Below, one piece after another: positions 37,057 to 46,439 of a DNA stretch of 64,000 nucleotides (position 1 is its first letter; each line of letters begins with the position of its first letter). A program made the translations under genes and the position numbers. This DNA comes from a virus. Where the stretch lies: positions 32,001-96,000 of IMG/VR virus record IMGVR_UViG_3300022752_000022; one strand, written 5' to 3'. The notes below the pieces were generated by a model that worked only from the letters and a program-made list of their open reading frames with translations, had not been told where the DNA came from and did not search any database.

Positions 37057-37559
37057 ATCAGTTACCTCAAATCTATTGTGACTTAGATCAAGTTCTAGTC
37101 AATTTTCTAGGTGGTGCAAAAAAGGCTTTGCGTGACGCTGGTATTGAAGCTGAGTTTCACGCAAAGGATCAGCACCTAGAAAAAGATCAGAAATGGGAAA
37201 TACTTAAACAAGTTCCTAAGTTTTGGGCTAATCTAGAACCTATGCCAGATGGAATGACATTATGGAAATTCATTAAAAGATATGATCCTTATATTCTCTC
37301 TACACCTTCAAGAAGAATGCCCACAAGCATACCAGAAAAAAGAGAATGGATAAGAAAGCATTTAGGAAGTGTGAGTAAAATTTATCTTGTTTCTAGAGAA
37401 AAAAAACAAGACTATGCTAAAAATGAAAACGGAGAACCCAATCTACTGATAGATGATTATGCTAAAAATATTGAAGAGTGGGAAGCAAAAGGTGGAATTG
37501 GTATACGACATATAAATAGTCTGAATACGATTTCACAATTAAGAAAATTAGGATTTTAA
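37053..37559 (+). CDS. HAD-family 5'(3')-deoxyribonucleotidase-like protein
   Basis: YCDLDQVL (DxD), ILST, KREW, LIDDY, GGIGI. Confidence 0.85.
   Translation: MNQLPQIYCDLDQVLVNFLGGAKKALRDAGIEAEFHAKDQHLEKDQKWEILKQVPKFWANLEPMPDGMTLWKFIKRYDPYILSTPSRRMPTSIPEKREWIRKHLGSVSKIYLVSREKKQDYAKNENGEPNLLIDDYAKNIEEWEAKGGIGIRHINSLNTISQLRKLGF
37511..37518 (+). promoter_or_regulatory. T4-type late promoter
   Basis: TATAAATA upstream of 37576. Confidence 0.7.
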
Positions 37560-37575
37560 CAAAAGGGAGAAAATC

Positions 37576-38055
37576 ATGCCTTTATGGGGAACAAGAGATT
37601 CATTCTCAATCACAGGTACGGTAGCAGTAACAAATACAATAAATGATACTTGGGTTGTAGGAACTGGTACAGCATTTACAACAGAAGTTAATATCGGTGA
37701 TACACTTGTAATCGCTGGAATTAGAAGAAAAGTCGTATCAGTTTCAAACAATACATATTTGAATATTGATCCGGTATGGACTGCTGCTAATCAATCTGGC
37801 GCAACAATTACTGGTCAAGACACACCAAAATATTTGTACGCTACAGATGTGAGCGGCAATCTAATTTTTGGTGTTTCGAATGCTGAATCATTCATTGCAA
37901 ATAACAATGCAAACGGCATTTCAACACCAGGTTGGATTCGACACAAAAGATATACCGATATGCATGGTAATGCTAGAAAGAAAACAGAAATTATTGTGGC
38001 AATGACAAATCTTACTAGCGACGCACCGGATGATGATACGGTTCAAGATACTTAA
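37576..38055 (+). CDS. Probable virion structural protein
   Basis: MPLWG start, VGTGTAFTTE, PGW...RKKTEIIVAM. Confidence 0.65.
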   Translation: MPLWGTRDSFSITGTVAVTNTINDTWVVGTGTAFTTEVNIGDTLVIAGIRRKVVSVSNNTYLNIDPVWTAANQSGATITGQDTPKYLYATDVSGNLIFGVSNAESFIANNNANGISTPGWIRHKRYTDMHGNARKKTEIIVAMTNLTSDAPDDDTVQDT

Positions 38056-38128
38056 TTTAATTATTGGCCTGAGTCCCAGGAGTAGCATTCCTCTTCAATG
38101 AGGTTTATAAAATTTAGGAGAAGAAAAA

Positions 38129-38656
38129 ATGGCAGATAAAAAAGTCACACAGTTGACGGCACTTACAGCACCAGCAAATAACGACATATTACTTATTGTT
38201 GATGATCCATCCGGTGCTCCTGTAAGTAAAAAAATTACAATTGAAAATTTGCTAGGAAACACAACAAGACTTACCATAGCATCTGCTAATGTTGCATCAA
38301 ATTCAACATTTACTCTTGCTGCTGAAGATTTTGTATTTGATGCGAATGTAAGCACAACGTTCACACGTGGCTTAGTCATCAATGAAGATGGCGCTGATTC
38401 TGATACAAGAATCGAATCAGACAATTCAGCAAACGCACTTTTTGTTGATGCATCAACTGATAGAGTTGGAGTTTTATGCAATGATCCTAACACCGCTATA
38501 GATATAAATTCCAATTCAATTAGAATTAGAACATCATCTACACCTGCATCCTCATCAGATGCGTGGAAAGCTGGCACAATTAGATGGGATACAAATTACA
38601 TTTATGTTGCAGTTGCAGATGGTACAATCAAAAGGGCGTCTTTGTTGACATTCTAA
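38129..38656 (+). CDS. Probable virion fibre/structural protein
   Basis: MADKKVTQLTAL, GTIRWDTNYIYVAV. Confidence 0.65.
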   Translation: MADKKVTQLTALTAPANNDILLIVDDPSGAPVSKKITIENLLGNTTRLTIASANVASNSTFTLAAEDFVFDANVSTTFTRGLVINEDGADSDTRIESDNSANALFVDASTDRVGVLCNDPNTAIDINSNSIRIRTSSTPASSSDAWKAGTIRWDTNYIYVAVADGTIKRASLLTF

Positions 38657-38661
38657 AATAA

Positions 38662-39021
38662 ATGATCATTGAATTGAATGAAGATACTTTTGATGAATAC
38701 GCAGTAAAAAATTATAGAAATCCTAATTGTACTTCGGTGTTAGAATTTTTAGATGATTTGAAAACTATAAAGTATGTCAAAAGATTAATAAACAAATATG
38801 TCGCACAAAAAGATTTGAAAGAAAGATTGATACTAAATCATATCATATCGTTATCAAATGTTTTTGGTGTAGAAGCTACCGTTAACATGCTTCATTATAA
38901 GATAGAAAAAAGAAATCATCATGTGCTTAATGCGTTTTTTCTTTTTCTTAATTATATTGAAACTGAGGATTTAGAGTTTTTAGATTTAAATTTATATAAC
39001 AGTCTAAAGAAGAAAATTTAA
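38662..39021 (+). CDS. Conserved T4-like hypothetical protein
   Basis: YRNPNC...EFLDDL...LKERLILNHII. Confidence 0.7.
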   Translation: MIIELNEDTFDEYAVKNYRNPNCTSVLEFLDDLKTIKYVKRLINKYVAQKDLKERLILNHIISLSNVFGVEATVNMLHYKIEKRNHHVLNAFFLFLNYIETEDLEFLDLNLYNSLKKKI

Positions 39022-39698
39022 TGGCGAATTTAGTAGATTTATATATCGTTTACAGAATATTAAGAAAACTTACCACTCCGTTTGAAGAGTGGGAAGCATA
39101 TAAGCGCAAAATTATTGACATTGAGGGAAACATCATTAAGAAATCTGACGATAGACTTTCTGCTGAAGATAAATATGCATTGACAACTTTAGATGTATTG
39201 ATTTTAAATTTGAAAAAAATTCTTAGTAAATTGCCCTTCGGTAAAACTAAACTTGCGTCATACGGTGCAGCATTGTTTCTAATCAAAGAAGAGAAGAATT
39301 TAACTGAAGACAATTTAGAACAAAGATTTATCACATATCTAAACAGCCAACAACTAAAAGAAGAAATTTCAAATGTTACAGGATCTGGTATTGCTGGTAC
39401 AACAGGAGATCCACCTGTACCATCTAAAGTTATGATGAGAAGATTTGCTAATAATGATGTTTTTGTTGTTGACACGGAACGATATTTAAAAGCGAGATTA
39501 GGTAAAAGAAAATATCTCAAGTATGAAACTTATGTTGGAAATGACGATGTTGGTAATGCGATTCGTGAATTTGGTCGTAAGTATCCGAAGAAACCAATTA
39601 TTCTACAAGACGGTAAAACAGGATCAATGATTTTTCTCAGATATGGTAAGAAGGGTATGTTTAGAGAACAATTTGATCTTGATTTAAGAGGACTATAA
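39021..39698 (+). CDS. Conserved T4-like hypothetical protein
   Basis: TTPFEEWEAY, LASYGAALFLIKE; internal LKEE linker. Confidence 0.65.
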   Translation: MANLVDLYIVYRILRKLTTPFEEWEAYKRKIIDIEGNIIKKSDDRLSAEDKYALTTLDVLILNLKKILSKLPFGKTKLASYGAALFLIKEEKNLTEDNLEQRFITYLNSQQLKEEISNVTGSGIAGTTGDPPVPSKVMMRRFANNDVFVVDTERYLKARLGKRKYLKYETYVGNDDVGNAIREFGRKYPKKPIILQDGKTGSMIFLRYGKKGMFREQFDLDLRGL

Positions 39699-39701
39699 AA
39701 T

Positions 39702-40178
39702 ATGGAACAACTACTCTGGATGCTTAGTTTCGTTCCTGCATGGATCTATCATTTGTTATTAATTTGTGCTATAATGAGCCTTGCAGGTATAAGTTTTCTT
39801 GGAAAACTACCATTTTTCAATCAATATAAATTACCATTTCAAGTTTTGATGGGATTGATTTTAATTTTTAGTATATGGATGGAAGGAGTAATTGCTAATG
39901 AAGAAAAGTGGCAAGCAAAAATAAAAGAGCTTGAGGATAAAGTTATTGTCGCTGAAGCAAAAGGACAAGAAAAAACTGTAGAGATTCAAGAAAAGATTGT
40001 AGAGAAAACGCGAGTTATTAAAGAGAAAGGTCAGGAAGTTATAAAATTTGTAGATCGTGTGATAACAAATAAGGAAGAAGTTGTGAAGTATGTAGAACAC
40101 TGTTCCATACCTAAAGATATCATTGAATTACATAATCAAGCAGTTATGATAAACTCTAAAGAAGGAGAGAAAAAATGA
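39702..40178 (+). CDS. Putative inner-membrane spanin (Rz-like)
   Basis: N-terminal TM segments and periplasmic coiled coil; overlaps a downstream lipoprotein. Confidence 0.65.
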   Translation: MEQLLWMLSFVPAWIYHLLLICAIMSLAGISFLGKLPFFNQYKLPFQVLMGLILIFSIWMEGVIANEEKWQAKIKELEDKVIVAEAKGQEKTVEIQEKIVEKTRVIKEKGQEVIKFVDRVITNKEEVVKYVEHCSIPKDIIELHNQAVMINSKEGEKK

Positions 40179-40495
40179 AATTTATAATTTTCTCCTTTAT
40201 TGTCATGCTTTCTGGATGTTCTATGTTTAATAAACAACCTGTACCAATTGCGCCAAAATGGCCAGATGCTCCAGCAGAATTAAGAAAAAAATGCGAAACA
40301 TTAAAAACAATTGTTGGTGACAAAGTTACTATAACAGACATGATGAAAGTTATTGTAGAGAACTATACACTTCATTATGAATGTTCAACTAAAGTTGACG
40401 GATGGAATGAGTGGTATGATTCTCAGAAAAAAGTTTACGAAACCATAATACCAGACAAAAAAACTAAGCCTTGGTATAATTTTTGGAGCAAATGA
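40175..40495 (+). CDS. Putative outer-membrane spanin (Rz1-like lipoprotein)
   Basis: Lipobox LSGC, Pro-rich PVPIAPKWPDAP, Cys pair, NYTLHYEC. Confidence 0.7.
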   Translation: MKFIIFSFIVMLSGCSMFNKQPVPIAPKWPDAPAELRKKCETLKTIVGDKVTITDMMKVIVENYTLHYECSTKVDGWNEWYDSQKKVYETIIPDKKTKPWYNFWSK

Positions 40496-41559
40496 TGAAA
40501 TATAAAACACTTGGATTTATTCTCTCATTCAGTTTATTACTCACGAGCTGTGCAAGCACAGGACCCAGCAATTATCAGCTTTATGCAGAAACGCAAAAAG
40601 CTATAGCACAAGCAAATGCTGTCACTGAAACTGCAAGATATAACGCTCTTTTAGAAATAGCAAAAAATGGAGATAGTGCATCTAAAGTAGCAGCGGTATT
40701 GAGTATTCAAATGGGTAATGGTGGTCAAGGTAGACAGCAACAGCAAGTCGCTGCTCCACCAAGTGCAGGCGATACTGCTCTAAAATGGGCAAGTGTTTTA
40801 CTACCGACATTCACCCAATTGTATGGCATTCATTCAAATAGGGAAATCGCCGTCACACAAAGCAACAATCAAGCGGCCATTGCTCAAAGCACAAATCAAA
40901 CTTTTGCTACAATGAGTTCAAATATGGGTACCAGCAACGCTAATATAGCACAGAATGGCTTCAATGCTATGAATTCTGTTGGCAGTTCACTTGCCACTGT
41001 AGCAACGACAGGATTTAATGCAATGAAAGACACTGCTGCTGTCGGTGCAACAGCTACACAAAATGTAGCTACAGCAGGCTTAACAGCAGCAACAAATTTA
41101 GGTACAGCTGGTATTACTGGTCTAGTTACTTCTGGAGCAAATGGACTTACAGCAGCAACAAATTTAGGTACAGCTGGTATTACTGGTGTAGTTACTTCTG
41201 GAGCAAATGGACTTACAGCAGCAACAAATTTAGGTACAGCTGGTATTACTGGTGTTAATAATACTGCTACAGCGGGCTTGACAGCAGCAACAAATTTAGG
41301 TACAGCTGGTATTACTGGTGTTACTAATACTGCTAATAATGGTTTAACAGCTATATCTGGTATTAATGCTAGCAATAATAATACTTTACAAATTCTAGGC
41401 ACTCAATCCAGCAATAATATTACAACATTAACAACAGCAAATAGGGCAATAATAGAAAATCTCGCAAATAAACTCACAGGAACGAATACGACAACTACCA
41501 CAACCACAACGACAAATACTACTAATACTACTACCACAACAGGTGGAAGCGGTAATTAA
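40492..41559 (+). CDS. Lipoprotein with 22-aa tandem repeats and poly-Thr tail
   Basis: Lipobox LTSC; GLTAATNLGTAGITG repeats. Confidence 0.75.
   Translation: MMKYKTLGFILSFSLLLTSCASTGPSNYQLYAETQKAIAQANAVTETARYNALLEIAKNGDSASKVAAVLSIQMGNGGQGRQQQQVAAPPSAGDTALKWASVLLPTFTQLYGIHSNREIAVTQSNNQAAIAQSTNQTFATMSSNMGTSNANIAQNGFNAMNSVGSSLATVATTGFNAMKDTAAVGATATQNVATAGLTAATNLGTAGITGLVTSGANGLTAATNLGTAGITGVVTSGANGLTAATNLGTAGITGVNNTATAGLTAATNLGTAGITGVTNTANNGLTAISGINASNNNTLQILGTQSSNNITTLTTANRAIIENLANKLTGTNTTTTTTTTTNTTNTTTTTGGSGN
41077..41340 (+). repeat. Four 66-bp tandem repeats (coding)
   Basis: ACAGCAGCAACAAATTTAGGTACAGCTGGTATTACTGGT recurs every 66 nt. Confidence 0.95.
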
Positions 41560-41584
41560 AAAGTAAAATTGCGAGGAGCATGTA

Positions 41585-42019
41585 ATGCCTATGGCAGAAG
41601 ATACAACGCAACTTAAAGTTGACGTAGAGGTTCTCAAAACTCAAATAATCACAATCACACAGCTTTGTGAGAAAATGGATAAGGTGATTGATAGACTTAT
41701 AGAAAATCACGATAAAGTTGTCAATCAAATCTATAACGATATGCGAGACAGAGAAGAAGAAAAAGATAAAGATGTAAAGGAATTGCATCTAAAAATTAAT
41801 GGTGTAACTAAGGATCTTTCAGAAAAAGTTGAACTAACTGAAAGACGGATTATGGATAAAATTGAAGAACTAAAACGTGACATTGCTGACCATAATAAAA
41901 AAGAAGACAATGAACTCAAAAAGATTTTGGAATTCAAATGGATGACAGCAGGTGGTATCATAGCAGTTGCATGGTTACTTTCACATGTGAAATTGGAGGC
42001 TTTATCAAAATTATTTTAA
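41585..42019 (+). CDS. Coiled-coil protein with C-terminal TM helix
   Basis: Heptad-rich body; WMTAGGIIAVAWLL. Confidence 0.65.
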   Translation: MPMAEDTTQLKVDVEVLKTQIITITQLCEKMDKVIDRLIENHDKVVNQIYNDMRDREEEKDKDVKELHLKINGVTKDLSEKVELTERRIMDKIEELKRDIADHNKKEDNELKKILEFKWMTAGGIIAVAWLLSHVKLEALSKLF

Positions 42020-42020
42020 C

Positions 42021-42058
42021 TTGACTTATTTGACTGCTTATACTACAATAAGCAGTCA
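42021..42058 (+). promoter_or_regulatory. Sigma70-type promoter for primase overlapped by an 11-bp inverted repeat
   Basis: TTGACT-17-TACAAT; TGACTGCTTAT/ATAAGCAGTCA. Confidence 0.55.
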
Positions 42059-42093
42059 TATTTGATTGTTTTTTATAATGGAATACATTTACT

Positions 42094-43107
42094 ATGAGTA
42101 TGTGGTTAGATCAAAAGTACATTGGTACACTCTCTATTCGCTTAGACAAATTTGCAAGAAAAAGCGAATATCTCTACAACTTCCGATGCCCAATTTGCGG
42201 CGACAGTCAAACAAATCGTAACAAAGCTAGAGGATATCTTTTTGCTAAGAAAGGTGGTATGTTTTATAAGTGTCATAATTGCAGCGCAAGCATGTCTCTT
42301 GGTTCATTAATAAAGCAAATTGACCCATCACTATACAAAGAGTATTCTTTAGAACGATATAAAGATGGGCAGAATGGTGTTAAGGGAGCACATAAAACAA
42401 CTTTTGTGTTTAAACCGGTAACATTTACAACGAGAAATCTTTATCCGAACATTCTTACGCCACTGAGTAAATTAACTCAATCTCATGAAGCATGGATTTA
42501 TGTACTAACCAGGAAATTACCAGAAGAAAAAATCAATAGCCTATTTTATGTCAATGACGTCTCTCGATTGGCTGAAATTAATCCAAACTATAAAGATCGG
42601 ATTACAACTCACGAGCCAAGAATTGTTATTCCTTTTTATAATTCTGAAAAAGAATTGATCGGTGTGTCGGCCAGATCAATTTCAGAAAATCGTGTTCGCT
42701 ATATAACAATGCGAATCGTAGAAGATAACAATCAAATGTTATATAACATTGAGAATGTGAATATGCAAGAAAGATGTTATGTAACAGAAGGTCCGTTTGA
42801 TAGCATGTTTTTACCAAATTCAATTGCAGTCGGTAGTTCAAATCTAACGGTTGCACTTCATCATGTGAAAAATCATGTTTTGATTTACGATAATCAGCCT
42901 AGAAATAGAGAGATAGTTCATGAAATTAAAGCAGCAATTGCACATGATGCTAACGTATGTATTTGGCCTAACGACATTAAAGAAAAAGATATTAACGAAA
43001 TGATTCTTGCAGGAAAAACGCAAGATGAAATTTTCACTATAATAAATAAAAACACTTTTCATGGCCTTGAAGCGATGATCAACTTTAACAAATGGAAGAA
43101 AGTATGA
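42094..43107 (+). CDS. gp61: DNA primase gp61
   Basis: RCPICGDS...CHNC zinc finger, TEGPFDS TOPRIM, KDINEM. Confidence 0.95.
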   Translation: MSMWLDQKYIGTLSIRLDKFARKSEYLYNFRCPICGDSQTNRNKARGYLFAKKGGMFYKCHNCSASMSLGSLIKQIDPSLYKEYSLERYKDGQNGVKGAHKTTFVFKPVTFTTRNLYPNILTPLSKLTQSHEAWIYVLTRKLPEEKINSLFYVNDVSRLAEINPNYKDRITTHEPRIVIPFYNSEKELIGVSARSISENRVRYITMRIVEDNNQMLYNIENVNMQERCYVTEGPFDSMFLPNSIAVGSSNLTVALHHVKNHVLIYDNQPRNREIVHEIKAAIAHDANVCIWPNDIKEKDINEMILAGKTQDEIFTIINKNTFHGLEAMINFNKWKKV

Positions 43108-43790
43108 AAGTAAAATTAATTTCCTATTCACAAACTAACATAGGTGCATTCAGCGATGATGAATTTACCGACTACCCAAGAAGCGCACAAGACCTCGTGG
43201 CCTTCTGTGCGAGAGTATCAAATCCCTCCAATCAATTCAATCTCCAAACTTCAGAAAAATTACTCGCATACCTTATCAAACACAAACACTGGTCGCCATT
43301 TGAAATGGTCTCAGCATGTCTTGAAATCACAACCACAAGAGATATTGCAAGACAAATGCTCCGACATCGAAGTTTCTCATTTCAAGAATTCAGCCAGCGA
43401 TATGCTGATCCAGTTAAAGAACTCGATTTTGTTCTTAGAGAAGCGAGGTATCAAGACACCAATAACCGACAAAATTCTATAGAGTTGCCGCCAACGTTAG
43501 AGGGCGCAAATCTTCAGGAGAAATGGGATTGGGCGCAAAGGCGTGTTATACATGAAGCAAAAGCAGCATATGGATGGGCTATCAAAAATGGTATCGCAAA
43601 AGAAGTCGCACGATCAGTGCTGCCTGAAGGTAATACAATCAGTAAGATGTACATGAACGGCACAATCAGATCCTGGATACACTACATACAACTACGGTCA
43701 GCAAACGGAACACAAAAAGAGCACATGGAAATAGCAAAAGCGTGTGCAGAAATTATATCAAAAATTTTTCCAGTCGTTAAATCACTATAA
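43104..43790 (+). CDS. thyX: Flavin-dependent thymidylate synthase
   Basis: HWSPFE, RHRSFSFQEFSQRY. Confidence 0.96.
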   Translation: MKVKLISYSQTNIGAFSDDEFTDYPRSAQDLVAFCARVSNPSNQFNLQTSEKLLAYLIKHKHWSPFEMVSACLEITTTRDIARQMLRHRSFSFQEFSQRYADPVKELDFVLREARYQDTNNRQNSIELPPTLEGANLQEKWDWAQRRVIHEAKAAYGWAIKNGIAKEVARSVLPEGNTISKMYMNGTIRSWIHYIQLRSANGTQKEHMEIAKACAEIISKIFPVVKSL

Positions 43791-43804
43791 TAAAAAGAGG
43801 TCGT

Positions 43805-45601
43805 ATGGCAGATATTGTTCACGGGATTAGGGTAGATTTCTCTAGAGATTCCTTATTTGATGAGTTGGGCATCAAACGTTTAAAAGAAAGTTACATGAAA
43901 GATGATGAAAAAAGTCCACAAGAAAGATTTGCGTATGTATCGAATGTTTTTGGTAGCAATGAGGCGCATTCGCAAAGATTATATGAATATAGTTCTAAGC
44001 ATTGGCTCAGTTATAGCACTCCTATTCTTTCTTTTGGTAGATCCAGAAGAGGTCTTCCTATCTCTTGTTTTCTACCTTATCTTGATGATTCTGCTGAAGG
44101 GCTTGTTAATACGTTATCGGAAGTAAATTGGTTATCAATGTTAGGAGGTGGAATTGGAATCGGTGTTGGTATTAGGTCTGCTGATGATAAGTCTACTGGC
44201 ATTATGCCTCACCTTAGGACTTATGATGCTTCGTCGCTTGCTTATAGACAGGGGCGTACTCGACGGGGTTCTTACGCTGCTTATTTGGATATCAGCCATC
44301 CCGACATTCTTATGTTTCTTGATATGCGGAAGCCTACTGGCGATCCTAATATGAGAGCATTAAATCTTCACCATGGTGTAAATATCACAGATGATTTCAT
44401 GCATATCATTGAAAGATGTATGGTAGATCCAGAAGCAAATGATGATTGGCCTCTCATTGATCCACACGATGGCGCAGTACGCGAAGTTGTATCTGCTAAA
44501 GAATTGTGGCAAAGAGTTTTAGAACTTAGAATGCAAACAGGAGAGCCATACATCCATTTCATTGATACAAGTAATAAAGCAATGCCTGAATTTCAAAAGA
44601 AACTTGGCCTTTCAATTAAACAATCTAATTTATGTAGCGAAATTATTCTGCCTACTGATAAAGAAAGAACAGCGGTGTGTTGTCTGTCTTCAGTGAATTT
44701 GGAGTACTATGATGAATGGAAAAATGATAAACATTTTCTTCGGGACGTTGCGGAGATGCTTGATAATGTTCTGTCTTACTTTATTGATCATGCACCTGAC
44801 ACCGTATCTAGGGCTAAATTTTCTGCTTCAAGGGAGCGTAGCATTGGTATTGGCGCTCTCGGCTTTCATGCTTACTTACAAAAGTGCGGATTACCTTTTG
44901 AATCTGCACTTGCAGTCAGCAAGAACAAACAAATCTTCAAGCACATTCGGCAAGGATTAGATCATGCAAATCTTGAAATCGGAAAAGAAAGGGGTGAAGC
45001 ACCTGATGCAAAAGACACGGGCCGTAGGTTCAGCCATCTTATGGCTATCGCTCCTAACGCCAGTTCTTCAATTATTATGGGCAATACATCTCCCTCAATT
45101 GAACCATACAGGGCAAATGCATATAGGCAAGACACCCTCAGTGGCGCGTGGTTAAACAAAAACAAATGGCTTGATAAAATTGTTAAAGATAAATGTGCTG
45201 CTGATTCTAAATTAGATTATAGTGAAATTTGGTCAAGTATTATTGCGAACGACGGAAGTGTTCAACATCTTGAATTTCTTGATGACTGGACAAAAGATGT
45301 ATTCAAAACTTCAATGGAAATTGACCAAAGATGGATTGTACAACATGCTGCTGATCGTCAACCATTTATTGATCAAGCGCAAAGTCTTAATCTCTTTTTT
45401 AGACCAGATTCAAACATCAAATATATTCATGCAGTACACTTCCTGGCATGGAAGCAAGGACTCAAAACGCTTTACTACTGCCGCAGCGAGAAGATTTCGA
45501 AGGCTGATAAAGTCTCTAAAAAAGTAGAACGTCAAGTCATTGAAGAATTAGATATGAAAGCATTAGTAACTGAAGAGGTATGTTTAGCATGTGAGGGATA
45601 G
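43805..45601 (+). CDS. nrdA: Ribonucleotide reductase class I alpha subunit (no ATP cone)
   Basis: PISCF, SNLCSEI, APNASSS, TLYY, C-terminal CLACEG. Confidence 0.95.
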   Translation: MADIVHGIRVDFSRDSLFDELGIKRLKESYMKDDEKSPQERFAYVSNVFGSNEAHSQRLYEYSSKHWLSYSTPILSFGRSRRGLPISCFLPYLDDSAEGLVNTLSEVNWLSMLGGGIGIGVGIRSADDKSTGIMPHLRTYDASSLAYRQGRTRRGSYAAYLDISHPDILMFLDMRKPTGDPNMRALNLHHGVNITDDFMHIIERCMVDPEANDDWPLIDPHDGAVREVVSAKELWQRVLELRMQTGEPYIHFIDTSNKAMPEFQKKLGLSIKQSNLCSEIILPTDKERTAVCCLSSVNLEYYDEWKNDKHFLRDVAEMLDNVLSYFIDHAPDTVSRAKFSASRERSIGIGALGFHAYLQKCGLPFESALAVSKNKQIFKHIRQGLDHANLEIGKERGEAPDAKDTGRRFSHLMAIAPNASSSIIMGNTSPSIEPYRANAYRQDTLSGAWLNKNKWLDKIVKDKCAADSKLDYSEIWSSIIANDGSVQHLEFLDDWTKDVFKTSMEIDQRWIVQHAADRQPFIDQAQSLNLFFRPDSNIKYIHAVHFLAWKQGLKTLYYCRSEKISKADKVSKKVERQVIEELDMKALVTEEVCLACEG

Positions 45602-45603
45602 AT

Positions 45604-45801
45604 ATGAGTAAAATTGTTCTATTAAAAGATTTTTATGAAACGAAAGAACAAAAGGAAAAAGAACTTTTGTTTTATAAAGAAAAATTAGAAGAACTTCAAG
45701 AAAAGATATATTGGTTAGAACGTGATCTAACACTAACAAAAAATATCATAAAGATGATAGAAGATGAAAAACTACAAAGCATACCGAAAAAGGAATCTTA
45801 A
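45604..45801 (+). CDS. Small coiled-coil hypothetical protein
   Basis: 65-aa ORF inside the nrd operon. Confidence 0.55.
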   Translation: MSKIVLLKDFYETKEQKEKELLFYKEKLEELQEKIYWLERDLTLTKNIIKMIEDEKLQSIPKKES

Positions 45802-46439
45802 TGTCATTTTTAGTCGCAAACATACCACCAGTACATTGCTATGTAAGAAGAGAATTTCTTTATGATTTTACAAAAGGCGAAGGCGAATTTGAACCTTGCA
45901 TTTGGGTATCATTGAAATCAATTCGTGGCCAAGCATTCCGTATTGAAGCATACTTACCAAATTATGGAGCATTGTATGATAAGCTGCCACTCAATGCTTT
46001 TGTTTCCAGAACTGAGAATATAGAATGTATACCATTAGATCACTTGCAAATATGGGATTGTTTCAGTTATAATGTAGCAGTGATTCAGAAATCTTTTCTG
46101 AAAAATCTATCATGTAAATTTTTAGCTAAAGATAAACAGTGGTATCATGGCGACTATATGTTTACTGTTGACAATGCAGCACCAGATCCTAATGTTATAG
46201 ATACAACATTTAGTGAAGATCCTGAAGATCATAAGTCTTTCAACTTCATTCAATTGAATAATGGTCAATATGCAGCGCAACCAAATAATCGATGCATATT
46301 CTTTGATGCAGCGTCAAATCCAAAGGATTTAATTTTTCCAGATTTTAAAGTGTGCACCAAATTATATCGTGTAGAAACAAACCCTAAATGGGCCTTAGGA
46401 GATTCAACCGAAGTCATGTACGGAGATAAACAAGAATGA
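45801..46439 (+). CDS. Conserved hypothetical protein
   Basis: LQIWDCFSY, NGQYAAQPNNR. Confidence 0.75.
   Translation: MSFLVANIPPVHCYVRREFLYDFTKGEGEFEPCIWVSLKSIRGQAFRIEAYLPNYGALYDKLPLNAFVSRTENIECIPLDHLQIWDCFSYNVAVIQKSFLKNLSCKFLAKDKQWYHGDYMFTVDNAAPDPNVIDTTFSEDPEDHKSFNFIQLNNGQYAAQPNNRCIFFDAASNPKDLIFPDFKVCTKLYRVETNPKWALGDSTEVMYGDKQE

Noticed and set aside
41077-41340. CRISPR array
   Set aside because: The repeats are in-frame 66-bp coding units without unique spacers; no cas genes
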